Assembly: GCA_016125385.1 (NCBI GenBank)
Contig: WGLV01000013.1
Coordinates: forward strand, 26,006-90,005
Length of the DNA: 64,000 bases
Reading direction: 5' to 3'
Source: a bacterium
GTDB taxonomy: Bacteria; Hinthialibacterota; Hinthialibacteria; Hinthialibacterales; Hinthialibacteraceae
The notes under the pieces are model-generated. The model was not told the DNA's origin. It made no database searches and was given only the letters and a program-made list of their open reading frames with translations. The position numbers and the translations under genes are program-made. This document shows, piece by piece, positions 44,609 through 55,719 of the stretch; position 1 is the stretch's first letter; every line of letters starts with the position of its first letter.

Positions 44609-45550
44609 TCAATCGGAAGGGATGGCGGCCTGACGCAGCTCATCTCGATCGACGCCCGCGATGCGTCCCGCGAACGCCGCCCGCATAAAGGGGATTCCCA
44701 GCAACGCCAGCAGCCAGTAGCCGTAAATCGAATACAACACGCCCACCGCCAGGTTGGTTTCATAGGCGGCATAGCCCTGAAAGAGCAGAATCATGGCGCC
44801 GTCGCGCGTCCCCATGCCCGAGATGGTAATCGGCAGCAGCCCGGCGAAAATGGCGATGGGCAACGCCGCGCAGACCTGCCCCAGCGGAACCGGCGCGCCC
44901 AGACTGCGATAACAAAGCCAGGTCTGTACATACGAGCCAAACCAGTTCACCATCGTGATAAACAGAATCAGCGCGAGCGCCTTGGGCGAGGCATAGACAC
45001 GCCGCGCCGCCAGAGCGACGTCGTCAGCAAGGGGGTGCAACCGTCCTGGCAGCCACGACGTCCAACCCGACGCCGCCAGGGCGAATCCTCCCGCCGCCGC
45101 CAGCAGAATGGCCGCGCCCGCTCCCGCGACGGCGGTCCGACCCAGCCAGAAACCACCCGCGCAGGCGCAGGCGCTGAGCACGCCGACGTCGATCAGGCGC
45201 TCGGCGAGCACGATGCCCGCCGTCTGCCCGGCGGGCAGACGATGGCGTAAAAAGACGGCTTTGATCAGGTCGCCCGACTTGGCCGGGGTCACCGCGCCCA
45301 GCGGCCAGGCCGCCATGATCAGCTTGAGGCTGTCCCAGAATGAGATGGGGGCGTCGAGCCTGCGCATGATCCATTGCCAGCGCAGAGCGCTCAGCAGGGG
45401 GAAGGTCAACGTCAGCGCAGCCGCCGCCATCAAAATATCAATCCGCGCGGATCGCAGCACGCTCCAGGCGGCCCGGGGATCGACCCCGGTCAGCAGCAGG
45501 ATGAAGATCGCCGTGGTCACGGCGGCGAGAATCAGTTTTCGTTTCCACAT
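44609..45550 (-). CDS. UPF0104 / lysylphosphatidylglycerol-synthase-TM-region-like (flippase-like) membrane protein
   Basis: Polytopic membrane protein. Start chosen at MWKRKLILAAV... (45550); the track ORF starts 9 codons upstream at 45577. Architecture typical of the LPG_synthase_TM / UPF0104 family. Confidence 0.6.
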   Translation of the reverse strand: MWKRKLILAAVTTAIFILLLTGVDPRAAWSVLRSARIDILMAAAALTLTFPLLSALRWQWIMRRLDAPISFWDSLKLIMAAWPLGAVTPAKSGDLIKAVFLRHRLPAGQTAGIVLAERLIDVGVLSACACAGGFWLGRTAVAGAGAAILLAAAGGFALAASGWTSWLPGRLHPLADDVALAARRVYASPKALALILFITMVNWFGSYVQTWLCYRSLGAPVPLGQVCAALPIAIFAGLLPITISGMGTRDGAMILLFQGYAAYETNLAVGVLYSIYGYWLLALLGIPFMRAAFAGRIAGVDRDELRQAAIPSD

Positions 45551-46151
45551 GGTCTGGTTTCGCCCTGCGCCAGGCAAAAAAGGTTAATCCGGGCTCAGCG
45601 GCATCATCGGCGGGGTGTGCGGCGGGGTCAAGCGCGGCGGTGAAGCCCGGAGGGTGACCGGAATTTTCAAGAATCGCACTGATCTTAACCAAACACTGAC
45701 AATACCGGGCTATCGTTTACAATGTGAGGGGGATGTGAGGTTGGCAAGAGGGGGTTTTTAGTCAAAGCATCAAAAAACCGATTGACAAAATTATTGTTAC
45801 GATTAAACTCTCTTTTTTGTGGCAGATCGATGAACTCTGCATGCGGATACAGACGGAAGTTTTGGATTTTACGATTCAGCGCCGCCTCATCGATCCTTCA
45901 GTGATCACCCTTCCGCCATCGCTTACTGAGTTTTCCATTGCTTCATACGTTGCGGGAGAAGAATGGGCGTCATCGTGTGCGGTTTAAGCGCGGGATACGC
46001 GTCTTTGCGTCTCATCCCCGGCTCAACCCGCTTCACGTGACAGGAACGGCGTTCGTGCGCCCTTCGGGGCGGCATGGGGCCTCACGACACGAATTCAGTT
46101 CGACTTTACGAATAAATTGACCGTTAGGAAAAACCAAAAGAGGAAGAAATC

Positions 46152-48248
<2,097 letters not shown>

Positions 48249-48361
48249 ACCCGCACCGGATTCAATGCGATCACGAAATGGGCCTTCGGGCCCATTTCTT
48301 TTTGCGTAAAATCGAAAGCGATATCCACCCATCCTGATCCAGAACCCAGAGTCGCCGCGTC

Positions 48362-49129
48362 ATGACAAAAATCACCGCGCTGGTCCCCGTTCAGAATGAA
48401 GAAGCCAACCTGCCCGAATGCCTCGACGGGCTGGGGTGGGTGGATGAGATATTCGTTGTCGACGGATACTCGACCGACCGGACGGTGGAGATCGCCGAAT
48501 CGTACGGCGCCCGCGTGGTTCAGCATGAATACAAGAGTAACGCGGCGCAGAAAAACTGGGCGATTCCCCAATGCGCTCACGAGTGGGTGCTGATTGTTGA
48601 AGGCGATGAAAGAGTCACGCCCGCGCTGCGCGACGAGATTCAGCGCCTGCTTGACGAGGGACCGCGGCACGACGCCTATTACGTCTACCGGCGGAATTTC
48701 GTCTACGGCCACGAGGTCCGGCGCGGCGGGTGGGAACGCGATAAAGTGATCCGGCTGATCCACCGCGACCGCTGCCGGTACGAAAACCGCCAGGTTGCGC
48801 CTGAAATCATGCTCGACAAACCGGCTGGCTGGCTGCGTGAGAGGATGCCGCATTACCCATACCGGGAATTCGATCAGTATTACGCCAAATTTCAGCGATA
48901 TACCGTCTGGTCGGCGATAGAAATGCACAAACAGGGACGGCGCGCGCATCTCACCGATCTCACCTTGCGGCCGTTCTACGATTTCTTCAAACAGTACATC
49001 CTCCGGCTGGGCGTACTGGATGGAACCATCGGCCTGATTCTGGCGGGCCAGACCGCGTGTTACGTTTTCACCAAGTACGCCAGACTCTGGTACATGCAGA
49101 CCCGAACGCCATCGAAACCCGCCGATTGA
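48362..49129 (+). CDS. Glycosyltransferase family 2 (LPS-core WaaE/KdtX-like)
   Basis: 255 aa. N-terminal ALVPVQNEEANLPECLDGL...DEIFVVDGYSTDRT is a classic GT2 DxD-containing A-domain. Confidence 0.8.
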   Translation: MTKITALVPVQNEEANLPECLDGLGWVDEIFVVDGYSTDRTVEIAESYGARVVQHEYKSNAAQKNWAIPQCAHEWVLIVEGDERVTPALRDEIQRLLDEGPRHDAYYVYRRNFVYGHEVRRGGWERDKVIRLIHRDRCRYENRQVAPEIMLDKPAGWLRERMPHYPYREFDQYYAKFQRYTVWSAIEMHKQGRRAHLTDLTLRPFYDFFKQYILRLGVLDGTIGLILAGQTACYVFTKYARLWYMQTRTPSKPAD

Positions 49130-49183
49130 TCCACGCGGCTTCACGTGGAATCACATCCGCGAACCGTCTATACTACTCCCACT

Positions 49184-50185
49184 ATGAACAAGCCCAATCA
49201 TGAAATTCTGCTGGACGTCCAAAACCTGCAAACCCGCTTCTTCACTGTTGAGGGCGAGGGGCGAGCGGTCGACGGCGTGTCTTTTCAGGTCCGGCGAGGC
49301 GAAACTCTGGGTCTGGTGGGCGAATCGGGTTGCGGCAAAAGCATGACCTCGCTCTCGATTCTGCGGCTGGTTCCCAATCCGCCGGGCCGAATCGTGGGTG
49401 GAAAGATCGTCTTCAAAGGGCAGGATCTTTTAACGCTGCCTGAACGCGGCATGCGCGCCATCCGCGGCAACCAGATTTCAATGATCTTTCAGGAACCGAT
49501 GACGGCGCTCAACCCGGTGTTCACCGTGGGCGACCAGATCGCCGAGGTATACCGCATTCACCGCCGGATGAGCCATCGCGACGCGTTCGACGCCGCCGTT
49601 CAGATGATGGAAAAAGTCCGTATTCCCGCCGCGCCGCAACGCGCGCGCGAATACCCTCATCAGCTCTCGGGCGGCATGCGTCAGCGGATCATGATCGCGA
49701 TGGCGCTGGCCTGCGACCCCGACCTGCTCATCGCCGACGAACCCACCACCGCGCTCGACGTCACCGTACAGGCGCAGATTCTGGCGCTGATGGACGACCT
49801 GAAAGAGCGGACCAACGCTTCTATCATCCTCATCACCCACGATCTGGGCGTTATCGCCGAAACCGCCGACCGGGTCGCGGTCATGTACGCGGGTAAGATC
49901 GTCGAGGAATCGCCGGTCGGCGAGTTGTTCAGAGAACCTAAACATCCTTATACGCGGGGTTTATTACGGTCCATTCCCCGGCTGAACGAAGAAACCCAGA
50001 GCAAACTCAACGTGATTTCCGGTACGGTACCCAGCCCGTTCCGTTTTCCAGCGGGCTGCCGTTTCCATCCCCGTTGCGAACATCGCTTTGAGCCCTGCGA
50101 CCAGTCAGAGCCTGAGATGTACGAAACCGGCGGAGACAGCCGGGCGCGTTGCTTTTTATTCGATGAAAAAAAAACAGATGGCTGA
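49184..50185 (+). CDS. ABC transporter ATP-binding protein, oligopeptide/dipeptide (DppD/OppD) type, orphan
   Basis: Walker A GESGCGKS, signature LSGGMRQR, Walker [13 protein letters not shown], and a C-terminal oligopeptide-ABC Cys/His tail. No permease or SBP gene is adjacent. Start chosen at the internal Met [10 protein letters not shown]. Confidence 0.8.
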   Translation: MNKPNHEILLDVQNLQTRFFTVEGEGRAVDGVSFQVRRGETLGLVGESGCGKSMTSLSILRLVPNPPGRIVGGKIVFKGQDLLTLPERGMRAIRGNQISMIFQEPMTALNPVFTVGDQIAEVYRIHRRMSHRDAFDAAVQMMEKVRIPAAPQRAREYPHQLSGGMRQRIMIAMALACDPDLLIADEPTTALDVTVQAQILALMDDLKERTNASIILITHDLGVIAETADRVAVMYAGKIVEESPVGELFREPKHPYTRGLLRSIPRLNEETQSKLNVISGTVPSPFRFPAGCRFHPRCEHRFEPCDQSEPEMYETGGDSRARCFLFDEKKTDG

Positions 50186-50296
50186 GCCAGCCGCGGCGGG
50201 TTGAAAAAGTGGCGTCCGGATCGTCCGCGCCGATTGACGGGTGATCCCGTAAGGCTACAATCTTTTCTTGCGTAATTCTCAAGGAGACCACCGATC

Positions 50297-50503
50297 ATGA
50301 AACAGGAAATTCATCCGACTTATTATCTGGCGAATATTCATTGCGCCTGTGGAAATACATTCCAGGCCGGGTCAACCGAGCCGGAACTCAAGGTTGAAAT
50401 CTGCTCCGCCTGCCATCCGTTTTACACCGGCAAGCAGAAGGCGTCCGCGGCGGGCGGCCGGATTGAAAAATTCCGCAAAAAATACGGCGCTCAAGCGAAG
50501 TAA
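50297..50503 (+). CDS. rpmE: 50S ribosomal protein L31
   Basis: 68 aa. [10 protein letters not shown]...CxC...[13 protein letters not shown] zinc-ribbon L31 pattern. Confidence 0.9.
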   Translation: MKQEIHPTYYLANIHCACGNTFQAGSTEPELKVEICSACHPFYTGKQKASAAGGRIEKFRKKYGAQAK

Positions 50504-50531
50504 GAATTTTCCCTCTAAGAATACGAAAAAA

Positions 50532-50557
50532 GGAGAACCGATCGGTTCTCCTTTTTT
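50532..50557. terminator. Bidirectional rho-independent terminator between rpmE (+) and the microcompartment operon (-)
   Basis: Perfect palindrome GGAGAACCGA|TCGGTTCTCC flanked by AAAAAA upstream and TTTTTT downstream, so it can terminate transcripts from both strands. Confidence 0.65.
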
Positions 50558-50578
50558 AATTTCCACATTTTCACGAGA

Positions 50579-50890
50579 TCAGGCTGTCTGGGACTCCGTT
50601 TCCGACCCAACGTTCAACATCAGAACGCGGTGGACGCCGTAATCTGAAAGTTGTCTTGCCATCGCGGGAGAGCATTGTACGAAAAGCGTGATTTCATCTT
50701 TGCGTAATTTCCCGTTCACCAACAGCAAACGCCCCAGAGAATGAGCGTCAAGCAATCCCTCGCCGCAAAAGCGCATCCTCAACGCATTGGGGCTTTTTTT
50801 TATCGCTCCAATTGCGAAATCAGGAAACAATTCGCGTAATCTCTCGCCGGAATCGTCCGCGCGCGGATCAAAGTCATGTGCGGAGATCAT
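50579..50890 (-). CDS. Small hypothetical protein (103 aa) at the 3' end of the microcompartment operon; weak BMC-P (EutN/CcmL)-like pattern
   Basis: Segment RFCGEGLLDAHSLGRLLLV loosely resembles the EutN/PduN R-x-x-G-x(6)-SL-x-G-x-LLLV beta-barrel strand region, but the rest does not align well. Confidence 0.3.
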   Translation of the reverse strand: MISAHDFDPRADDSGERLRELFPDFAIGAIKKSPNALRMRFCGEGLLDAHSLGRLLLVNGKLRKDEITLFVQCSPAMARQLSDYGVHRVLMLNVGSETESQTA

Positions 50891-50908
50891 GACGCCGCAC
50901 AGCCCCGC

Positions 50909-52378
50909 TTACACGAAGCGCATGGCGTTGGCGATGGCGAAACGGCGGCGGCGGCTGAAGGTTTTTGGCGTACAGGGGCCCTCGCCTGACTTGCCCGCGA
51001 TGGTGAAGGCGGTGTATCCCTCGCCTCCATTGCCGAGGCAGGCGCCGCACGACGAATTGGCGACGAACAGGTTGCAGTCCATCAACTGAGCGAATTCGGT
51101 AATGCGGTCGATGCGCTGGGTATGAATAATGGCGGTATGTTTAAAGCCATGCTCGGCGTGGTGAGCGGCCTGAATGGCTTCTTCATAGCTGTTGCAGCGC
51201 ACGATGCCGAGCAGCGGAATCATCAACTCGTGAACGATGAAGGGATGATCGCGGCCGACTTCGGCGATCAGCAGATCGCAATTCGATGAAACCGTCACGC
51301 CAACCGCCTGCTGCGCGACGTAGGATGCATCCTTGCCGATATAGTCTTTATTGACGTGATCGTCAGGCGTGATGACGGCGCGCGTCATTGCTTCGGTCTG
51401 CTGGCGGTCGAGGAGGTAAGCGCCGCGCTGACGAATGGCGGCGAGAAATTCGTCATACACCGCCGATACGACAAAGCAGGATTTTTCGGTAATACAGGGC
51501 AGGTTGTTATCGAAACTGGAGCCTTCATACACGCTGACGGCGGCGTGTCCCACGTTGGCGGTTTCATCGACCACTACCGGGGGGTTGCCGGGACCGGCGA
51601 CGATGGCGCGTTTGGGGCTTTCCATCGCGGCGCGCACGACGGCCGGGCCGCCGGTGACCACCAGCAGCGAGATGTCGTCATGCGTCATGATCACTTTGGC
51701 GGTCTTGAGGGTGGGCTCGCTGACCGAGGTCATCAGGTTGGCGGGCGCGCCCGCCGCGGTCAGCGCGCGGTTGATCTCCTGCATCGATTGCAGGGTGCAT
51801 TGCACGGCGTTGGGATGCGGACCGAATACGATGGTATTGCCCGCTGAGAGCATCGCGATGGAATGGTTAATCACCGTCGCCACCGGATTGGTGGTGGGAG
51901 TGATAGTGCCGATCACGCCGAAGGGGGTGTATTCCTCCAGCATCATGCCTTTATCGCCGGTCTGGCAGTAGGTCGAGAGTTCTTCGGGGCCGGGCGTCAG
52001 TTCATACGCCAGCCGGTTTTTGATTTCCTTGTGGGAGGCGCGGCCCATGTTGGTGTCGCGCACGGTCATCTCGGCCCATTCGTGGTTGCGCTGTTTAGAC
52101 AGATCGCGAATGATCTGGATGTAACGTTTGCGCTCGCTGAGCGGAACCTTTGACCAGCGGGTAAAGGCCTGTTTCGCGGCGGCGATGGCGTCTTCGATCG
52201 AGTTAAACACGCCGTCGCGCCCGCCGCTGACCGCGCCGCCCATGCAGGTGGCGACGTGACCGCGCGGGGCGGTTGCGCCTTGCGGCTGGGTTTGCAGTTC
52301 GCTGAGAACGCGTCTTACGATTTCGGCGATTCGCTGGTCGTCCATCGGGATTCCGCTCCTGAACGGGAATTCTTTCAC
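50909..52378 (-). CDS. CoA-acylating aldehyde dehydrogenase of the EutE/PduP type, with N-terminal encapsulation-peptide-like helix
   Basis: 489 aa ALDH-superfamily fold with catalytic Cys region. N-terminus MDDQRIAEIVRRVLSELQ is an amphipathic helix of the kind that targets PduP/EutE into microcompartments. Co-located with pduL and a BMC-H gene. Confidence 0.85.
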   Translation of the reverse strand: MKEFPFRSGIPMDDQRIAEIVRRVLSELQTQPQGATAPRGHVATCMGGAVSGGRDGVFNSIEDAIAAAKQAFTRWSKVPLSERKRYIQIIRDLSKQRNHEWAEMTVRDTNMGRASHKEIKNRLAYELTPGPEELSTYCQTGDKGMMLEEYTPFGVIGTITPTTNPVATVINHSIAMLSAGNTIVFGPHPNAVQCTLQSMQEINRALTAAGAPANLMTSVSEPTLKTAKVIMTHDDISLLVVTGGPAVVRAAMESPKRAIVAGPGNPPVVVDETANVGHAAVSVYEGSSFDNNLPCITEKSCFVVSAVYDEFLAAIRQRGAYLLDRQQTEAMTRAVITPDDHVNKDYIGKDASYVAQQAVGVTVSSNCDLLIAEVGRDHPFIVHELMIPLLGIVRCNSYEEAIQAAHHAEHGFKHTAIIHTQRIDRITEFAQLMDCNLFVANSSCGACLGNGGEGYTAFTIAGKSGEGPCTPKTFSRRRRFAIANAMRFV

Positions 52379-52394
52379 TTGGGTCCGCCGCGCC

Positions 52395-53282
52395 TTATTT
52401 TTGCGGGACGATAACCACTTCGATGCCCCGCCGCGTGAGTTTTTCCATCGCCAGCGGAGTAATCAATCCGCCCCGAACGGCTTTTACCACGGGGCCTTTG
52501 AGTTTGTCGGCGTCTTCTTCGGTGATGATATACGTAATCAGATCGGGACTCTCGCTGTCGGCCTTGTTGGTCGCGGCGCGGTGCGTCTCTTTCAGCGCGT
52601 CCGGCGCGGGCAGCAGTTTCACTCCCATTTTGCTCAACTGGTTGCGATACCCGTCGAGAACCTCCTGCACGCCGGGCACGTTGTTGCCGAACACGATGCA
52701 GGCGTCTTTGGCGAGCCCCTCCGTCGACGCAATGGTCGGGACCTTATGCGCCAGCGCGGCGAGGTTGACCTTGAGCGCGTGGTCATCGGTGATGGCCAGC
52801 GCCAGCTTGGCGGCGTGGTTCCGGCACACCGACGGCATATAAACCGCCGCGTAACGGCTCATGTCGAGCCGCAGGGCCTGAATCTCATCCTTGCACTTGA
52901 TCAGCCGGATTCCGAGGCCGTTCAGCTCGGCCTCCGTGAACGCGCCGGGCGCGTCGGCGGAAAAAATCGCCTCAATAGTAACGCCTTCTTCGCGCCACAG
53001 GCGAAACGTTTTCTGATGAATATCCCACGGTTCACGCGCGCCGGTCAGAATCAGCAACACCGCCGGGCCGTCGAGGGGCGATGGAGCCGGAGCGGCCGCG
53101 CCTGATTTGGACTCCACAGTCTCGCCGCCGCATGAGCATGAACACGCCGGACTCTTGCAGGCGTTCGCGTCGATGGTTTCGGCGGCGCTGGGCGGAAGCA
53201 GGGTCGATTCGCCGCGCTGTTGCTCGGCGAGCGCCTTTTTGACCTCTTCAATGATGATGCGTTCCAGCTCGCGCGCGTCCAT
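52395..53282 (-). CDS. Microcompartment-locus protein of unknown function: encapsulation-peptide-like N-terminus, Cys-rich linker, Rossmann/flavoprotein-like alpha/beta domain
   Basis: N-terminus MDARELERIIIEEVKKALAEQQ (amphipathic helix), then CKSPACSCSCGG. The C-terminal domain has alternating beta-alpha pattern (AVLLILTGAREPW...; ...GIEVVIVPQK) weakly reminiscent of PF02441 flavoprotein folds. Confidence 0.4.
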   Translation of the reverse strand: MDARELERIIIEEVKKALAEQQRGESTLLPPSAAETIDANACKSPACSCSCGGETVESKSGAAAPAPSPLDGPAVLLILTGAREPWDIHQKTFRLWREEGVTIEAIFSADAPGAFTEAELNGLGIRLIKCKDEIQALRLDMSRYAAVYMPSVCRNHAAKLALAITDDHALKVNLAALAHKVPTIASTEGLAKDACIVFGNNVPGVQEVLDGYRNQLSKMGVKLLPAPDALKETHRAATNKADSESPDLITYIITEEDADKLKGPVVKAVRGGLITPLAMEKLTRRGIEVVIVPQK

Positions 53283-53407
53283 GTGTGGTTATCGTCTTCC
53301 GTGTAACGGAACGAGTTTGATTTTATGAATCCCCATCCGGCGGGGAAACGAGGCGAAAGCCGAATGATTTAATTCACTCGGCGTCCGGCTGGCTTCTCCC
53401 GGCGGAT

Positions 53408-54118
53408 TCAGGGGAGAATTTCAACCATCTCGCCGCCGCGCAACCCGCAGGCGTTGCCGTCGTCGGTATCGAGATGCATTTCGTCTTTAAACAGGTCGAG
53501 CACGCGAATCTGGCATTCTTCCAGAATGGTTTTCTTGCCGTTGGCTTCAATGCGAACCCGAACGCTCTGATTGTCGCTCAACCCCCATTTTTTCGCCGAT
53601 TCCACCGAAATGTGAATGTGGCGGTTAGCGAGAATCACGCCCTTCTGAAGGTGCAACACGCCATGAGGCCCGACGAGAATCAGTTTTTCGCTATTGGTAT
53701 GGTCGCCCGAACGGTTCACCGGCGGATCGATGCCCAGATAGATGGCGTCGGTACGCGAGACCTCCACCTGAGTGTATTTGCGCAACGGCCCCAGAATACG
53801 GACTTCGCCCAGGCAGCGCATGCGCGGCCCGACCAGCGTCAGCGTCTGCTTTGACGCGAATTCACCGGTCTGGTAGAGGGGGCGCAATACTTCCAGCTCG
53901 GAACCTGGCCCGTACAGCGCGTCCATGCTTTTCCGGTCGAGGTGAATGTGCCGGACGGAGATATTACAGGGGACCAGCATCTTGCCGCCCGGCGCTGACG
54001 CCGGTGGCGTGGAGGCGAGTTCGCCCTGCAGCCGCGCCACTACGCGGCGCGTGATCTGCTCAACCAGGGCGTCGTTCAGATTCGGGGAAGACATACCTGC
54101 AATTTCCCTTCGATCCAC
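53408..54118 (-). CDS. pduL: Phosphate propanoyl/acetyl-transferase PduL (PTAC) with N-terminal encapsulation-peptide-like helix
   Basis: Two PduL half-repeats containing the RH(I/V)H motif (ISVRHIHLDRKSMDAL and ANRHIHISVESAKKWGL). N-terminal LNDALVEQITRRVVARLQ amphipathic helix. Confidence 0.85.
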   Translation of the reverse strand: MDRREIAGMSSPNLNDALVEQITRRVVARLQGELASTPPASAPGGKMLVPCNISVRHIHLDRKSMDALYGPGSELEVLRPLYQTGEFASKQTLTLVGPRMRCLGEVRILGPLRKYTQVEVSRTDAIYLGIDPPVNRSGDHTNSEKLILVGPHGVLHLQKGVILANRHIHISVESAKKWGLSDNQSVRVRIEANGKKTILEECQIRVLDLFKDEMHLDTDDGNACGLRGGEMVEILP

Positions 54119-54207
54119 GCGCGGGATTCAGGGCGGAGACGCGGAGCCATCCGGAAAAAGTTCACCGCCCAAACGTGCGCAAACCGGATTCACGCTGCGT
54201 TCGGGCG

Positions 54208-54253
54208 AAAACAATTACAGATAAACCAAGCGTGGCTGAGCGGCCACGCTTGG
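54208..54253 (-). terminator. Intrinsic terminator/attenuator directly downstream of the BMC-H shell gene (minus strand)
   Basis: 10-11 bp perfect inverted repeat CCAAGCGTGGC...GCCACGCTTGG (54226..54253) followed, in the minus-strand reading direction, by TTTATCTGTAATTGTTTT. Confidence 0.5.
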
Positions 54254-54318
54254 GCGTCGTTCGCAAACCGGAAAACGCGTTGCGAAACCAGACGGGCCGT
54301 CCGCGCCGTCCAGCCGCA

Positions 54319-54612
54319 TCAGCCTTTCGCGGGCAGAATGGCTTCCAGGTCCGAATGAGGACGCGGAATGACGTGAACCGAAACGACTTCGCCCACTTTG
54401 CGGGCCGCCGCCGCGCCAGCGTCCGTCGCGGCTTTCACCGCGCCGACGTCGCCGCGCACCATCACGGTCACGAAACCACCGCCGATTTTTTCCTTGCCGA
54501 TGAGCGTAACGCTCGCCGCTTTCACCATCGCATCGGCCGCTTCAATAGCGCCGACCAGACCGCGTGTTTCAACCAGGCCAAGAGCTTTCCCTTCCACGGG
54601 AATATCCTCCAT
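54319..54612 (-). CDS. Bacterial microcompartment hexameric shell protein (BMC-H; PduA/EutM/CcmK family)
   Basis: 97 aa. [60 protein letters not shown] is an almost textbook BMC (Pfam PF00936) domain. Confidence 0.92.
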   Translation of the reverse strand: MEDIPVEGKALGLVETRGLVGAIEAADAMVKAASVTLIGKEKIGGGFVTVMVRGDVGAVKAATDAGAAAARKVGEVVSVHVIPRPHSDLEAILPAKG

Positions 54613-54731
54613 CGTTGTAACGTTGATTTGACGAAAGTTACGAAAACGCGGATCAAGACCCGCTTTTTCGCGGCTTTACGTTCTCGTAGGCTACTGAAAA
54701 GGGGATTGAGTGTCAAGCGCGGCTGGAACAA

Positions 54732-55715
54732 TCAGCCAGCCGGTTCCGCCGAAAATCCGGTTAATTCCGGCGATTTTGGGGATCCGGCGTTTTCCACCCG
54801 GCGCCAGACCGCGTCTCTCACCACCAGCGGCAAGGGGGCGTCTTCAATCGAGGGGTGGCGCGGCGCGGCGGAGTCGATCTTGTCGAGCGTGAATGCGTCG
54901 ATGGGCGCATCGAGCGACGCGGGATCGCTCAGATCGGGCCCGTCCAGGTGAACCGCCGACACGCCCTCTTCATGCGAATAAAAAAGATAGCGCGTCAGAA
55001 CCGCGCCGTCTTCAATCGGGCGCAGCTCTTTCAGATCGATCGGCATCTGCAGGATGAGGTCCTCACGCAATCCGGGGCGTTCCATGCGCGGCCGGCGATG
55101 CAGAAACAGGCAGGTCGCGTGCTCGTTTTTCACCGCGTTATCGACGACGAACACCGCGCCCGGCGGCAGCAGACGAATAAAACGCAACGTCAGATCGGAT
55201 CGCTCGGCAATTTTGCGGATCGAATCGCCCGAAAGCTGTTCCGATTCAAGCCGCTTGAGATGCCGAGGGCGCCAGAGCGACGCAATCCATACCGGGGCCG
55301 CCACCGTGACCAGCGCCGAACCGGGGTAAGCAAACCACCACGGAACGCGCAACATGCGCAAGATCAACACGCTTACGGCATGGGCCAGCATCACCCAGGT
55401 GATCATGTCTTTCAGGTCTTCCATATACGATCGGCGATCGGCGGCAGGCCAGAATACGTTCATCAAGGTGCGCAGAATCGCTGAAAACCAGAAAAAAGCA
55501 TAATGCAGTTCTTCCACCCAGTCCGGATACAGAACGAAGCGGCTGGTATCGGCCATCGCCAATCCGCCACCCATACGAATGAATGCTTCCATCACGTAAT
55601 TGATTTGAAGCGACGAGCCAACGACGATGCAGAGGAATACCCAGATCAACATAAGCGAACAGGTCGAGCCCGGCTCGATTCCCCCCTGAATAGTATGGAC
55701 ATAAACCGAACTCAC
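54732..55715 (-). CDS. Hypothetical membrane protein
   Basis: 327-aa ORF with several hydrophobic segments in the N-terminal half (LMLIWVFLCIVVG; ITWVMLAHAVSVLIL; LVTVAAPVWIASL) and no recognised motif. Immediately upstream, on the same strand, of the BMC-H gene. Confidence 0.4.
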   Translation of the reverse strand: MSSVYVHTIQGGIEPGSTCSLMLIWVFLCIVVGSSLQINYVMEAFIRMGGGLAMADTSRFVLYPDWVEELHYAFFWFSAILRTLMNVFWPAADRRSYMEDLKDMITWVMLAHAVSVLILRMLRVPWWFAYPGSALVTVAAPVWIASLWRPRHLKRLESEQLSGDSIRKIAERSDLTLRFIRLLPPGAVFVVDNAVKNEHATCLFLHRRPRMERPGLREDLILQMPIDLKELRPIEDGAVLTRYLFYSHEEGVSAVHLDGPDLSDPASLDAPIDAFTLDKIDSAAPRHPSIEDAPLPLVVRDAVWRRVENAGSPKSPELTGFSAEPAG

Positions 55716-55719
55716 CGGC

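Noticed and set aside
51356-52153. Plus-strand ORFs (163, 178 and 96 aa) inside the BMC locus
   Set aside because: Antisense to the acylating aldehyde dehydrogenase.
52401-53105. 234-aa plus-strand ORF
   Set aside because: Antisense to the 295-aa BMC-locus protein, whose minus-strand frame has a coherent domain structure and an encapsulation-peptide-like N-terminus.
54175-54951. 258-aa plus-strand ORF crossing the BMC-H gene
   Set aside because: Antisense to BMC-H and to the terminator hairpin. The BMC-H reading on the minus strand is unambiguous.
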